Source of the DNA: Eledone cirrhosa
Lineage: Eukaryota
Length of the DNA: 64,000 bases
Assembly: GCA_964016885.1 (NCBI GenBank)
Contig: OZ024740.1
Span: 88,846,001-88,910,000 of the forward strand
Reading direction: 5' to 3'
In this document: positions 14,182 through 29,406 of the stretch, piece after piece
How positions within the stretch are numbered: the stretch's first letter is position 1
Layout of the letters: every line of letters starts with the position of its first letter
Notes under the pieces: generated by a model
The model's input: only the letters and a program-made list of their open reading frames with translations
Database searches by the model: none
Told to the model about the DNA's origin: nothing
Made by a program: the position numbers and the translations under genes

Positions 14182-15078
14182 AAATTAAGATAAATCAAAG
14201 TGAATTTAATCTAAATCAAAATAATTGGTGTCATGCCAGAAAGGCATGCGCCATATCACCCGTAAAATAAGCTCCAAGATTCTAATGAATAGGTCCGAGC
14301 ATTTTATAACAACTAGAAATTGATTAACATATAAATAAACATATGAAACAATCAAAGGGGATAATTTTTACAAGTGGGTAAGCACACATAGCTAGGTAGG
14401 TAACTAAATAAAGTTAACTAGAACTTCAAAAATAGATACCTTATAATATGATTAATCTACCCTGTATATATTCCATTAAAGAAACATATTTCACCAATTA
14501 ATCGAATGGTAAACCATGAAGGCCGATACTTGTATGTTCAACAAGGAAGCAGTCCAGCCATCTGTGTTCAAGCATTAAGTTCAATTCAGCGACTGTCCAG
14601 TAACACGTGCTGTATCTACTAAAAATACACACATCATACCAGCCTTGTCCCAGTGGCGTGAATAGGGTTATCGACAACTAGAAACAGCAGTCAAGTCCTT
14701 TCAACAGAGTTTATATATCAACAGAGTTTATATATCTATATCCAAAATTAAGATAAATCAAATTGAAATTAATCTAAATCAAAATTATGGGTGTCATGCC
14801 AGAAAGGCATGCGCCATATCACCCGTAAAATAAGCTTCCTTGTTGAAAATCCAAGTATCGGCATCCGTGGTCTACCATTTGATTAATTGGTGAAATATAT
14901 TTCTTTAATGGAATATATACAGGGAAGATTAATCATATTATAAGGTATCTATTTTTGAAGTTCTAGTTAACTTGATTTAGTTACCTACCTAGCTATGTGT
15001 GCTTACACACTTGTAAAAATTATCCCCTGTGATTGTTTCATATGTTTATTTATATGTTAATCAATTTCTAGTTGTTAT
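14179..15078. mobile_element. Non-coding TA-inserted element: 564-bp unit plus partial repeat plus inverted arm
   Basis: 14179-14275 repeats at 14743-14837; 14833-15078 is the reverse complement of about 14305-14552; no canonical HHR found. Confidence 0.75.
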
Positions 15079-15887
15079 ATATATATATATATATATATAA
15101 AAAATATCACCTTCACCTTGTACCTACTATACACACACACAGACACACACGCTCAGACACGCATACGTGCACACACACACACACACACATATAAACACAC
15201 AATACCACCACAGCTCCCTCCCCTATTTCTATAACACTTCCATAACACTTCTGGACAGCGTAGAGCACCTCCACAACATCTCCAGGCCGGATTATACTTG
15301 AATATTCCAACAGCCGCACCCAAATATACACACACGCAGGCATACACACATTCACCGTAACCCACATACACATAATCTTTCCGCTACCGACAATACACAT
15401 AATCTAACGCACACGTCGTGGACACAAACATACACACATACATACATCTTTCCGACACACGTGAAAATACACACACACGCACATAAATCTGCGCACTCAT
15501 CAGACACGCTCGCGAAAATACACACTCACAAACATAGAAACAACATATACAGATATAAATATGTGTGTGTGTGTGTCTCTATGTATGTGTTTGTCAATAT
15601 TCGTGTGTGCGAACATGTATGCAGCTGTACGTTATTACTTTCACTCGTGCATGTCTTATTTATCTCAGAGCCTCACTATCTTTCCTGCAACCAAGAACTA
15701 ACCTTTAAAAAGCACAGGTCTGGCTGTGTTATTTTTTAAGAAGGCTTGCAGTCCTTCATCTATGCAAGTTTATCCTCTTTACGTCATTGAAGTTATTCCA
15801 GAGAAAGGAAGATATGATACACGTGAGGTCATAACTAAATCCAGAACGCAAAGGACTAGAGGAGATACTACAAATCATAACATATAC

Positions 15888-15953
<66 letters not shown>

Positions 15954-15979
15954 TTGAGTGACTTCCGTCCGTCGTCCGG

Positions 15980-16122
15980 CACACACTAGAGATGATTGAG
16001 GAAAGAAGAAGTTATTAAGTCACACTCTAGAGATGAGAGGGGAAGGAAGGTGTGATGACATAACACTTTAGATATCATTCAGGAAGGAAAGGGTGATGAC
16101 ATCACACACTAGAGATGACTCA
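15980..16122. repeat. Degenerate minisatellite (about 40-45 bp unit)
   Basis: Recurring CACACTAGAGATGA..GGAAGGAA..TGATGACAT, about 3.5 copies. Confidence 0.6.
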
Positions 16123-16532
16123 GGACTACAGAAAACAGCGTTTAACAGTCACTAGACTATTGCGAACAATCAACATTCATACACATATGCACATACACGT
16201 CAGAGTGTTAAAAAAAGTTTTAGTCCCATAAAATATCAATTCTACGAATCCAGTATCTTGCATTGTTACACTATTTATAGAACGCGATATGAAGATTAAT
16301 AAATTTGACCCACGCGGAATTTGAAATTGGAGTGCTGAATGCAGAAGCATTAATGATTCAATCAATTCACTAACTTATATGATATTTATATAAAGAACTT
16401 AAAATATAGTTCTTCGGCACACATATTTATGCAAAGTGTACACATTATAAAAATGAAGATTTAAGATCTATAGTATATTTCCAAATGTCGTGCATATTAA
16501 CGACATTTTCATTTGACTGGCTACTGTTTTCG

Positions 16533-16591
<59 letters not shown>

Positions 16592-16596
<5 letters not shown>

Positions 16597-16792
16597 AACG
16601 AGTAGCACCCAGACGGCTGAGCTCAAGCCGTTTCGACGGCTAATTCTGGACAGTCCAGAATTACCCGTCGAAACGGCTCGAGCTCAGCCGTCAGCGTCCT
16701 ACTCGTTCTTATTACCCACTATACTACCCTAAGTATTGAGTACTTTGGTGCGTTATGGTCCACCTGGTTCCTTACCACATTACCTCCGTTAT
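16592..16792. mobile_element. Fold-back element (about 60-bp arms, 1-nt loop) carrying the 3' half of an HHR
   Basis: Palindrome centred on CTGGAC-A-GTCCAG (16652); GAAA-CGGCTCGAGCTCAGCCG-TC; homologous to 10910-11041; TA on both sides. Confidence 0.75.
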
Positions 16793-16795
16793 ATA

Positions 16796-16921
<126 letters not shown>

Positions 16922-17059
16922 TATATGTAGAAATAAACACAGTAAATGCTGCGTCTAAAATTACTAGGGTAGATTATACCACACATGTTTTATATATTTA
17001 AACTGAAGCATACAGTAAGATACAAGATTTCCTATACATACCGTATCAATAACGATTTC

Positions 17060-17149
17060 ATCTCTTGTACAGACTAAAGATTTAATCTGTTTCGCCTTGA
17101 AAATTGTGTTTGTAACAGATAATCCTTAGGCATTTCATCAGCGAGAGAT
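17060..17149 (-). ncRNA. Type I hammerhead ribozyme
   Basis: ATCTCTCG-CTGATGA-AATGCCT..AGGC-GAAA-CAGATTAAA-TC-TTTAGTCTG-TA-CAAGAGAT. Confidence 0.82.
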
Positions 17150-17546
17150 TAGATTAAATGAAACAAAACACATCTAACAAGAACTCAAAATATAAAACTT
17201 ATATTGATACCCTGTATGCTTCAGTTTAAATATATAAAACATTTGTGGTATACTCTACCCTCGTAATTTTAGACGCAGAATTTCCTTTGTTTATTTCTAC
17301 ATATATTAATATTATAATGCTCAGTAGTTATACTTTGAGCTTGTTAATTGCAGGGTATCAATCTGAGTTAACAACTCTATATTTTATTTGTAGTTTGGCT
17401 CCCTATCTAGGTGATCTTATAAGATGACTATAATTAGGCTATTATTTCTAGCATAACCACTCACATCACGTATAGCTTTCAACCCATGAGGTACATTATT
17501 TACTTTCGTGAGTTCTTGTAAGATGTGTTTTGTTTCATTTAATCTA

Positions 17547-17636
17547 ATCTCTCGCTGATGAAATGCCTAAGGACTATCTGTTACAAACACAATTTTCAGA
17601 GCGAAACAGATTAAATGTTTAGTCTGTCCGAGAGAT
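17547..17636 (+). ncRNA. Type I hammerhead ribozyme with full stem III
   Basis: 8-bp stem I ATCTCTCG/CGAGAGAT, CTGATGA, GAAA, 10-bp stem III, GTC triplet. Confidence 0.85.
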
Positions 17637-17855
17637 GAAATCGTTATTGAGACTGTATGTATGGGGAATCTTGTATCTTACTGTATGATTCAGTTTAAAT
17701 ATATAAAACATTTGTGGTATAATCTACCCTCGTAATTTTAGATGCAGAATTTACTGTTTATTTTTACATATATTAATATTATAATGCTCAGTATATATAC
17801 TTTCAGCTTGTTAATTGCGGGGTATGAATATGAATTAATAACTCTATATTTTATT

Positions 17856-17916
<61 letters not shown>

Positions 17917-17987
17917 TTGAGTACCTTACTTACTGTGGTTACCTCCGATTCAACCCGGAATAACTTACCTATATATATATATATATA

Positions 17988-18467
17988 TAAACGGAAAAAA
18001 TGAAACGAAATTCATTTCTCACTCTTAGTACGGTTGTTAATTAAATATAAGTATGTATACGTACATACATATATGTATACAGACGTACAGTAGTATGTAT
18101 ATATATACATACATGCACACATATATATATGTACGTATGGATTTACCGAACATTTATTATAATGCTCTGTGTGTTTGTAAACAAACATCCCGAATTAAGC
18201 CGTACAGTATTTACCAACCATCGTTGCCCTTTTGTTCAACACTGACAAAGAACGATGTACCAGTTTCAAGCTTATTAGCTATCGTCAGCAGCGTATACCT
18301 TCCTGCCAGATGATTGAACGTCTGAAAGAATATACTTTCCCTATGCACATTAACGGCTGAGCAGCCTAATTTGCATATCGAGTGAGTTAATCGGCCGGGC
18401 GCACCGAAAACGATAAACGGAAAAAAATGAAACGAAATTTCATTTCTCACTCTTAGTACGGCTGTTA
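17988..18467 (-). mobile_element. Non-coding HHR element, about 426-bp monomer plus about 50 bp repeat
   Basis: 17988-18037 repeats at 18414-18467; homologous copy at 33066-33583; terminal fragment at 43815-43863. Confidence 0.85.
18253..18293 (-). ncRNA. Minimal type I hammerhead
   Basis: CGCTG-CTGACGA-TAGC-TAATAA-GCTT-GAAA-CTGG-TA-CATCG. Confidence 0.75.
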
Positions 18468-18469
18468 CT

Positions 18470-19135
18470 GTTCTATTCAGTGAATGGACAAAAAGCAAGC
18501 GCGGACTAAATTTCAAGACACTGTAAATTTCACTGCCTGAATTATTTTTGTTTGAGCTCCCTGTGTCCGTCTATCGCCAGGAATCTTAGCCGAGATTTGA
18601 CACCCTGATGAAGAAAGCATTCTCCATAGTTTGAACACTATGTATATCCCCTTTCAGAAACTAATTAGTTGGAGTGAAACTTAAGTAAGTAAGTTAATTA
18701 CTATAATTTTCTTATTTTACGTCTTTCAAATACATGTTTGTATTGAACCACAAAGTTACTAAGACAAAACCTATACCTTGCTAGCGTTAGTATACATCTG
18801 TATAAATATGTTGGTAGATATACTAATTCTTATTATTTTGTTGAGCAAAAATTGCCTAAATTACTACTATGGTTCATAGTAACATTTTGGCTACTGTCTT
18901 TTTAACAGCCCACTCCTCACTGATTAATCTCGATGTCACGTGACTGATTCTTTTGAATTCGCCACTGACCGGGAAGGCAGTGAAATTTTTAGTGTCTCGA
19001 AATTTAGTCCGCGCTTGCTTTTTTTTCATTCACTGAATTATATTTGTTTGAGCACCCTTTATATAAATATCATATAAGTTAGTGAATTGACTGAATCATT
19101 AATGCTCCTGCATTCACCACTTCCATTTCAAATAT
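18470..19135. mobile_element. Rearranged pLTR-like element with internal inverted repeats
   Basis: 18475-18538 inverted at 18975-19038; 19057-19134 is the reverse complement of 16318-16395; contains an HHR. Confidence 0.65.
18601..18676 (+). ncRNA. Type I hammerhead (weak stem I)
   Basis: CACC-CTGATGA-AGAAAG..CATAGT..ACTATG..CTTTCA-GAAA-CTAATTAG-TT-GGAGTG; palindromic stem III. Confidence 0.65.
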
Positions 19136-19255
19136 ATATATATTTATATATATACACACGAGGGTGTGTGTGTGTTTGTAAAAGTTAAACAGACATAACA
19201 CAAAGGCAAAAAACACATTGCAATGAAGAACTATATATTAGTTTAACACTTGAAA

Positions 19256-19441
19256 TAATTGTTTCTACTTTTGGCACAAGGCCAGCAATTATCCCAATGT
19301 ATTACGGGTACTTTATTTTATCGACCCCGTAAGGATGAAAGGCAAAGTTAACCTCGGCGGGATTTGAACTCAAAAGGGCAAGGGCCGTAACTCTTTGTTG
19401 CAAAGTATAGCGGCAGACCCTCTACCGATACTGCCATCCAC
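19256..19441 (-). mobile_element. tRNA-derived SINE
   Basis: Homologous to 1541-1725. Confidence 0.85.
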
Positions 19442-19593
19442 AATTATAGTAAAAGAGTCTTAATATTTCGGACGCTAATTATTCATCATGAGATAGAATG
19501 AGAAATGAAAAATAAAATAGAAAGGTAAAGTGTGAGAAGAGGAAGGAACTTAAAAATATTGAGAAAAGAAATACATGTTCGTATTTATTCAGC

Positions 19594-19663
<70 letters not shown>

Positions 19664-20001
19664 GGGATAACATATTATTGTTATAGGTAGGCCACTTAGG
19701 TGTAGTCCAGTTAGAGTACTCCGAATGGTGGATGATATCAACGCTTGCCTAAGTTTGACTCAACAAGGCGTTTCCATAGTGATGTTGCGAGTACGCGGTG
19801 ATTTCTATGTTGTTTACACTTGGAGTAATGATAAATCAAGAAAGAAGAGTAACACGGTTTGCTACACAAAAAAGGTTTTTAATCACATTGCTGACAATGT
19901 TTCCCTGAACTGGTAGGTCTGGAGATTGCTACTCGCCTGTTTTCGCGTCAATCGATCACCAATACATAGTTGTAACCAGTCAATTCATCAGAGCTAGCGA
20001 G

Positions 20002-20115
<114 letters not shown>

Positions 20116-23100
20116 TTGTATGTGTGTGTGTGTGTAAACACACATACATATATAGTACTACTGCTAATATTATTACTCTTATTGTTGAGGTTTTTGGCAG
20201 TTGATATGCTTCCTTATTATCAATGTATCTATAAAAGTAATCATTATTAATTTTATATCGTTCGCCCTGAGATAAACAATTTCTAGTTCGTTCATCTATA
20301 ATTTCCTTTTCATATAAATATGGGTTATCATTAAATGAGGAATTTGTGTCCCCTCATACCTTAAGTATATTATATATATAGATCCTATGCTTCCTGAAAC
20401 TATCAACAAAATATTAGTTGTTTCTATATTTGGTCAATGTACTTTATATAATCAATTTACTGCGTAAAATAACGATTGCTTAATATAGACGGTAGCATCT
20501 TTATCGTCACGGTTTGGATAAATAATATCTCTAAAATATCCCAAGTAATGACTCATGTTATGATTTTGTCTCTTTATATTATCTTTTGTGTCTTTGTATA
20601 GTTTGAAATGTAGCTAAATATGTGTGTAGTTCGATTTATTTCTATCGAAGTTTGTCTACTGAACCAAATGATTATTTTGAGAAACATCCAATAATTTAAC
20701 ATTCTACTCATTCTATGTTTTCATTTGTATTCAAATATCGTACAATTGTATTTAGTGTTGTTGTTGCTGCTCTTGTTAATGCTGTTTTTGTTGTTGTTTA
20801 TCTAGACCAGCCCTGTTCAAGTGGACCTATGATGAAAGGCAATCCAACCGTTACCATGAGAATGAATTCTTTTAAGATGCACTATATCTTTATGATAAAA
20901 CAAAGCAACATATTGGCAAAATCGTTATAGAATGCTCTGCACTATTTGTTCCAATTCTCTGCTCCCCAAGTGCAAATCTCATCAAGGTCAACTTCGTCAT
21001 ACATGATTTCTGTGCCGGCAAATAAGATATACATGCAGTACAAGTGTCAATTCTTCATAGCATCTTATATTTCTGTTTGGATTTGCACCTGTAATTACAA
21101 AATCTAGCCTTGTCAAATTACATCAAAATGATTTCGTCTGATAATAATTATATTATGTCTACAGATGTTTGTGGAATATGCAGCCATTTACACATTAATT
21201 TCCTGAATAGGAATCTAGTTAATCAAATAACTGAATTCTTATCGTCGAATCAGAGAATCCATAATCTGTCAGATATAGCATATCTTTCAAATTTAATAAT
21301 TTTTTCCCGTTATAAAACAGAAGCCCATGAAGGAGAGAGATTTGGTTTCTATTTAAAAAAACAACTAAACATAGCCACTCAAGTATTAGTTTGCAGGAAC
21401 TTCTTTTGAAAACGAATGGCCGTTACATGTTGTCTGGATCTTAGGGAAGCAACTGAGCTGATTTTCTAAGACGACGTTTATTTCATATCATCTCAGAGTT
21501 AATATTCTTTTGATACTAAGTCAAATCGAAAAGGTATGAATAAATCAGCAGTAATTTCGCAGTTATACGCAACAGACAAAATGATAAAGAATACAACATC
21601 TCTACGAGAGGAAATAATTATTTCAAATATAATACAATGCATACAAACGAATGAAAATATAGGGAAGGTAACGGTTAAATGATATCGGACATAGAAAATA
21701 GCCACATTTTAAAGTCGCGAATATATAATTTACTTGGTATTATACTGAAAATAAAAATAGCCATAAAATACTGAATAATAGAACTTAAAAAAAAATTACA
21801 TAGGGGAACACGTTGATACCGAAAACATTGCAGATCAAAACTAGTTAAAAAAGGAGCATTTTACTTTCTGAGTTCAAATAACACCCAGGACATCTTAATA
21901 TTTTATCTTTCTGGCATTAATATATAACAATCACTATGTGTTATGTATATGCTAGAAGTTATTATTGATATTGATATATTAGAAAGTGTTGTGTAATAGA
22001 AAAACATTTGGTTTGTATTCATAGCAAATCTATTCTCTTCACGTTGCTCCTTATGTCTGGATTTAAAACTGGCATATATCGTCAAAAATGGAAAGTACTA
22101 ACAGAAATATAGCTTATTTAATATGCAGAATGGATAGTGATTTGTGTCACACATACCTACTTCGCAAACAGAGGGGTATAACATATTTAAATATGTTTGA
22201 TTTAAATTATTAATTTCATTTAGTAACATTGTGTTATGTCTATGATAGACGAAATCATTGTAGTCATGAACATTCCGTATCTTGGAAAATATTACATGTT
22301 GAAAGTTACAATATACTCTATTAAGAACCTCTATACAATTGCTTTACGTGATAGAAATAGAATCCTAATTTCACTCAAATAACATGGATCGGTTTAAAAG
22401 GGGTAGAGCACATTAGATACACCACAAACATACTGGAATTAATTCATTCATTGGTCTAGTCCATAGATTGGACATTGGGCTAAACAAGACCTTTAAATAG
22501 CGGACGTGAGACAACAATATATAACGTCTACAGAAACAACTACCGACTGCAACCAATTCCCAAACAGGAAACCTAATTTTAGCCTTGATGAATATGGAAA
22601 ATAAAATCGCACCAAAACCATCTGACCATCACGTACCACCGACCTCTGCAATTACCCCAGCGCTAAAGAATCCTTCATTGATGTCATTAACAAACGAAGG
22701 CCACAGATAACACATGAAATTATTTAATCAAGCCATTACACTAGTTTGAAAATGTTTGTTCAATGCCTGAGGTATCGAGTCTTCTATTAAAGGTTCAATT
22801 CATGAAGGTTCAATTCATTGATGATTTGGCTGCCGACCATCAACACCACGGTGTTTCTTCATTCTAACGGAGATTAATCACCAGAACTCCCACTTGGAAA
22901 GGGAAGAGAGGGTGATCAATCTCAAATCAATCCACATAGATCACGTCGTCACAAAAAATAGCAGAGCTTTCATTTTGCTACAAGACTCTTTTACAGCAGG
23001 CGCAAATGATATACTTTTTAATGTCTACTGTGAATAAGTGTTTGTGCACAGAAAAGCGAAAGCTCTGAATCTAATAAAGATATATACTCTCCACACAAGT

Positions 23101-24545
23101 GTTCTTCAAATAAAGCCTCAATAATATTAAATGTTTAAGCAGCATTTCTACTCTGGTAACAAATTAATGATTGATGACGTCAACAGCCTCTGTGATGATT
23201 GGTCAAGGAGTACATTGTCAAAGATCAAATAAAATCACTATTAAACGTTATGGGTGAGTTTTTCTCGTCGCAAACTATCGAAATATGTCCCAGAATTCTT
23301 TTGGACCTAGGTTTATGTAAACACACTAACGCTAAAACCACAATGGAATAAAGAAACTTTTCTCCCAGACTATGAAATGTCTCACCGTAACCAGAGATTC
23401 CAACAGGCAAAAGTTAAATCCGAAGTCCTCTCTACTGCCCACACATTTCATAAAATGGTTCTTCACAATGCGATCTGGGATTCGTTCACTCTTTTCAGGT
23501 TGTCTGGTTTTTCAACCATATACTCACCTCTGCTTATGTCAAAACATGTTGGTAGGTATGTATTGACGCTGTTACAAGTTTATGTGTACGAAATACTACA
23601 TTAACACTTGTAAACACATTTAAGTGCAGATCTCCTGAAATAGAAAATAACACATCATTAGAAAATTAAAAATAAGATATAACAAAGATTAATGATAGTA
23701 TTTAAAAGCATCTCACTAAATCTTACATATATTTACACAGACGCATAGAGGTAGTGATCTTATTCAACATCTATATAATTTCCACCGTGGTACTACAACA
23801 TGTCTGATAAAGAACAATAGAAAACGGATACCAGTAGACACAACAAAAACTTTTCGCTGATTTCAAGAAACCAAAGAAATACAAAACATCGGCTGAATTT
23901 ATAGAAAGTTGTATGTGATAAATAGACATGAAAACTCATGAAAAAGATAAAATCCAAGAAAAATAAAAAATGAAGTTTTGTAACGTCAGGTAAAAATGAT
24001 ATCAAGAAAAGGCTCTATATATACAATTAATTTAAAATATGAAATGGCCAAATACGAAAAACGTTAAGAAATATCTCATCGTTTCCTGAAAAGCACAAGT
24101 TTTAAAGTTGAGACTGAATAAGGATTAACTACAACATAGAGAAAACGCTTTCATATTAGAGACATTAGAAAACATGTAATAACGTAGAATACACTAAATA
24201 CTATCAGGTTATATGAATTTGAGAACACACTACTATCCTAACTATTTTTGGTTACAGCCAAGAGAGAATATATACATGTCAAAGTTAGGTCTCACATACA
24301 CATGCTACTATTACGAGAAAACAATCAATACAATCATACACTAGAAAAAGATAAATAACTGGAATATAAAGATGCGAAAATAAAGATAAAGTAAATGTAG
24401 GGGAACGAAAACAGAAACGCTCCTTATATCAATAGATATCTTCGAAATGAGAAAAGATATAGTTAAATATATAACTGAAACTCCAAAACCGACAATGTAC
24501 ACAGATTAAAGCGAGTAGCAATGAGAACACTACTAAAATTATATA

Positions 24546-25602
24546 TAACTAGCAGAGGTACCCGGCGTTGCTCGGGTATTAAATAGAAGTTGTGTATACC
24601 ATTTATGTCAATACTTCAGTGCTGCTTCGAAAACTATACTTTTACAAAATCATCGGCTTTTTCCAAAAGGGGGTTCCTGCCCCCAGGGGTCCCCTACGCA
24701 ATATGTGCCAATTCTGAGAGTTCACATTCATCTGTAAGACAAACGTTGCCCATGTGTCAAGTTTTGTGAAAATCGGTTGCGAACTCCAGAAATTATGACG
24801 TTTTGTTGCATTGCACTGCAGTGCTTCAGTCGACTCCAAGGAAGTGGTTAAAGTGGTTATCTGCCGGGAGGCCCTATAATCAATATCTGGAAAAATGAAA
24901 GTGCCCATGACCATCCGGAGTACATAAGTAACCTATGTCTTAAGTTTGGTGAAAATACTGTAGAAATGCATAAAGTTTATACCTACGCGCGCGCGCGCGC
25001 GTGTGTGTGTGTTTGTGGGTGTATATGTATTTGTGTGTGCGTATGTATGTGTATGTCCGTCGGGCATACGTCTGTACTGGCCTAAATTTTTACTATTTAC
25101 TTTTACTATTTTAATAACCTCTGTCATTTCGGTTTCAATTTTATTTACATCATTCTTAAACTCCGCGTCTGGAAATCATTCTGTTATTTTAAATAGAATA
25201 TTAGTCTAACGACTCCATTTATACCATAAACTTGGTCTTGTCTTTGCATGAAATTGTTCTTCTCGGTACACATAACGACGTATTATCCTCGCCTTTTGTC
25301 CAGGGAACGTCTTCACGAACCAAAATATGGTCTTCCTGTTTTCCTTCGGTTGTAACGTTTCTCGAAATATTTCCTTCTGCGTTCACAGATTACTCTTAGT
25401 TAAATTTGAATGGGAAATTCCTGTGTCATCGATTTCCTCCGTAACCATGGACGTTTGTAGCTTGAAAGTCGACCGAACGCCTCCTCGGGTCATTCTGCAT
25501 AACTGTGTACATTTTCGCTGCATTCCACCAAGTCGTTTCGACGTTTATCCGACTACAACTACATACACAACGTCCGACCACTTCCGATTTTTATAGTAGA
25601 TT
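24546..25602 (+). mobile_element. Helentron-associated / DINE-1-like non-autonomous element
   Basis: Starts TAACTAGCAGAGGTACCCGGCGTTGCTCGGG (subterminal hairpin), repeated AAGTTT(T/G)GTGAAAAT motifs, internal (GT)n, ends TTTTATAGTAGATT; partial homolog at 42845-43200. Confidence 0.65.
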
Positions 25603-27229
25603 ATGTAGAAAGTCTCGAACGCAAGACATAAATATGAACACAGTTCCTGCATTCGGGATTCTCTACATTTTCTAAGAATTTCAACTCACTTGACGTTCCA
25701 ATGTTTATTTACAAATATGTAATAATAGATTAGCGAAGAGATCGTTTAACGTAAACTATATTAACTGTTATACATTCCGAAAACAGGATGATATCGAAAG
25801 AGAGGTACACTCCTCAGAAGTGAGCTTAAAAAATGTGTATAGATACATACAGTAATTGAGTTAACTATCATACTGCACTAACTTCGCCTGAACTAATTAT
25901 AAGCGTCTATTTTTATAGCTTCAGATGTACAGAGAGATATATAGATATAGGGATGTAAAAATAGCTATAGACATAGCTGTTTTGTATGGTTATTAAAATA
26001 TACATACAGACACACACGCGACCACACACAAATACGCACTCACCACATATACACGTGTATATACATTTATATAAAAAGCAAAGAAGCATACATACATATA
26101 GCCCCTACAAAAAAATATTGTCGTTTATATGTGCGATTGTGCTAGCATTGCAGTAACTGACAGAAATCGATGATACACATACACACACACTAACCCATAT
26201 TAAAGCAAACACGCACATACATAACGAGACGCTTACTTTGACATATACACATTTATTAGAAATTGTAGTTATAGTTTTACTAAGAGAGTTCCCTTGGATG
26301 TACATTTGTCAACATACATTTTTTTCCAATCTCAAATAGAAACATCATATATACATATATATTTTTATTTTGTTTATCCATCGTATTCATAAAACAACAT
26401 TATATATATGCTCACTATGAGTTGTACATAACATAAGAGCACTGTATGTGTACTATAGAACAAAATATCGATTAATGTCCATTCGTCTTGCAACTGGCTT
26501 GGCTATGGTTCTGTGATTAAACTACATTGTATTTCATGAAGTAATAGTAAGCCCAACATTATATGACACGGTAAGCATACATAGGATTTGTATGTCCACA
26601 GAGAATTAACATTGTACTATACTATTGGAGCTGACACTAAGAATTATGGTGTCAAACTATTTTTATTTGTTCCTGGTTAAACCGTATGAAGATCAATTCA
26701 TGTAGGAATTTCATAAGAATTCATATGGCATTCATGCTGGAATATTGATCTTATTTTCACTGACTTAGAGTTAATAATATGTAGTCAGTAACTGCAGAAG
26801 TATGAGTTATATTATGAATATTGTGTTTGATTATAGACTAAGAACATACACAGTATTTGCTGTTGTGTATATAACAGAGAATTTGGAAATATCAAACACA
26901 CACAGTATTTGATATTACTAAATGTTATTCCAAGACTTTATCATCTACGTATTATGGAGCTTAGCTACACAGTAGTCTCATAACAAATATAGGAGTGTAG
27001 ATGAAACTCGTAAAAGGCAAGGTGAAAATATAAATAGAAAAAGTACGGTTATGGTGACAGATGTTTAGATGATATATTTATTATTTTTGTTAAATATAAC
27101 ACAAACTCTTAATGAAACAAACGTAGACACAAAACACGTTTTATGCCATACATACGCGACACAGGGACTCGTACACAATGGAGGATAATATATATATGTA
27201 AGTAAATGTAGTACAGACATGTGCTTATA

Positions 27230-27309
<80 letters not shown>

Positions 27310-27417
27310 TTCGTGGGTGAATAATAATATAATAATAATATTATTAATATACGATTCGTTTGGAAGCAAACTTGGTGTTATGAGGCTGTTAGCTTGCAAA
27401 TGAAAGGAATATTAATA

Positions 27418-27606
27418 ATGATTTCTACTATAGGCACAAGGCCAGCAATTATCCCAGTGTATTGCTGGTACTTTATTTCATCGACCCCCGTAAGAATGAA
27501 AGGCAAAGTTAACCAAGGCGGGATTTCAACTCAGACAATAAAGGAACGTAACTCTATGCCGCAAAGCGTGGCGTCAGTCCCTCTACCGCTGCCAATCCAC
27601 CGCCAT
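27418..27606 (-). mobile_element. tRNA-derived SINE
   Basis: Homologous to 1541-1725; TSD GGAATATTAATAAT on both sides. Confidence 0.85.
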
Positions 27607-28503
27607 GGAATATTAATAATATTATTATTATTCACTCACCAATGCGTTTTCGTATACGCCATGTTAGAGCGAACACAAATTTTGAATTATGTTATTATAT
27701 ATATATATATATATATATATGAATGAATGTATCTGTGTATCAGTGTTTGTGTGTGTTTGAATATATATCTTTGTCCTTTCCTGTCTGATGTCAACATTTG
27801 ATGGAATTGTTGGTCACACATTTCAAACGTATCACTTATAAGAGACTAACACATATTTATTTATACCTTTGTTGCTCTGTTTAGTTACGCACGCGCATAC
27901 GTGCACTATTTATGGATTATTGACTGCCTCAATATATATTCACGTAATCATTTATTCACATATATATGCCTATATATATATAGAAATGACTGTATGTGTT
28001 TTACAAACATGAACTGAAAATGTTAGCTACATATTTGTTAATTATATATAGACAGCAAAATGTTCGCATAGTCTCGAAAATATTTTTCACTTAATTACAG
28101 TTGAATTAAGCAGACTTTTACACGATCACGTTTTATGGTTAATAGAAGCCATTTTAAAGTGAATTAAACCATTTCTACACAAACACCAAACAGGCTATAG
28201 ATCGGAGATGCACATTGTAACTGAAAGCTTAATTAATACAAAATAGACACCAACATCGCAGTGACATGAAATAGGACGGTCTTCATTAAGAGAATATTAT
28301 ATATCTCGACAGTTTATGACCAGAATACACAATTTCTCTATATGGAGGGAACAACAGTGAACTGACGGTTTAAAAAAAAAAATCTGTGTAGAAATATTAT
28401 ATATAGTATTCGGTATGCATGAGTTACAAATTGGAAATGATGAATGCAAACAGTTGAAGGTAAATCAGATTTTATAGACGAACGATAAAATAATTCTCAT
28501 ATA

Positions 28504-28579
<76 letters not shown>

Positions 28580-28591
28580 TATATGTATGTG

Positions 28592-28624
<33 letters not shown>

Positions 28625-28783
28625 CTATATATTTAAATGCATACACACACACATATATATAGAGAGAGATACATATATATATATAGATAGATAGACATAC
28701 ATACATACATATATATTTATACTCACACACACACACACACATATATATATGATTATATATTGATATATTTATATATATGTATA

Positions 28784-28814
<31 letters not shown>

Positions 28815-29053
28815 TTGTGTGAAACGTATTCTTACAGAAAACAGTTGTATAATATAAACGTATATAAAAAGCTAGACACATAAATTTCGCATATGTATAA
28901 ACATAATATGCAACACTATATACAAAGCTATATACTTATATGTATGAATATATGAATTAAACCGGAATTATAATAAGCTCTTATTATCGTGATGTACATT
29001 TAAATATATGCATTAACTTAATCTATCGTAAAATATATGTATGTATCTATGTA

Positions 29054-29116
<63 letters not shown>

Positions 29117-29125
29117 ATACATATG

Positions 29126-29159
<34 letters not shown>

Positions 29160-29250
29160 ATAGATATACTTATATACATGTACATACACATACACCCATA
29201 CACAGAGACGCACGCACACAAACACATACACATATATATGTATATAATAA

Positions 29251-29406
<156 letters not shown>

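Noticed and set aside
20960-21060. Very old SINE-like traces (also about 49500-49560 and 57920-58080)
   Set aside because: Only short central-domain matches; boundaries cannot be defined.
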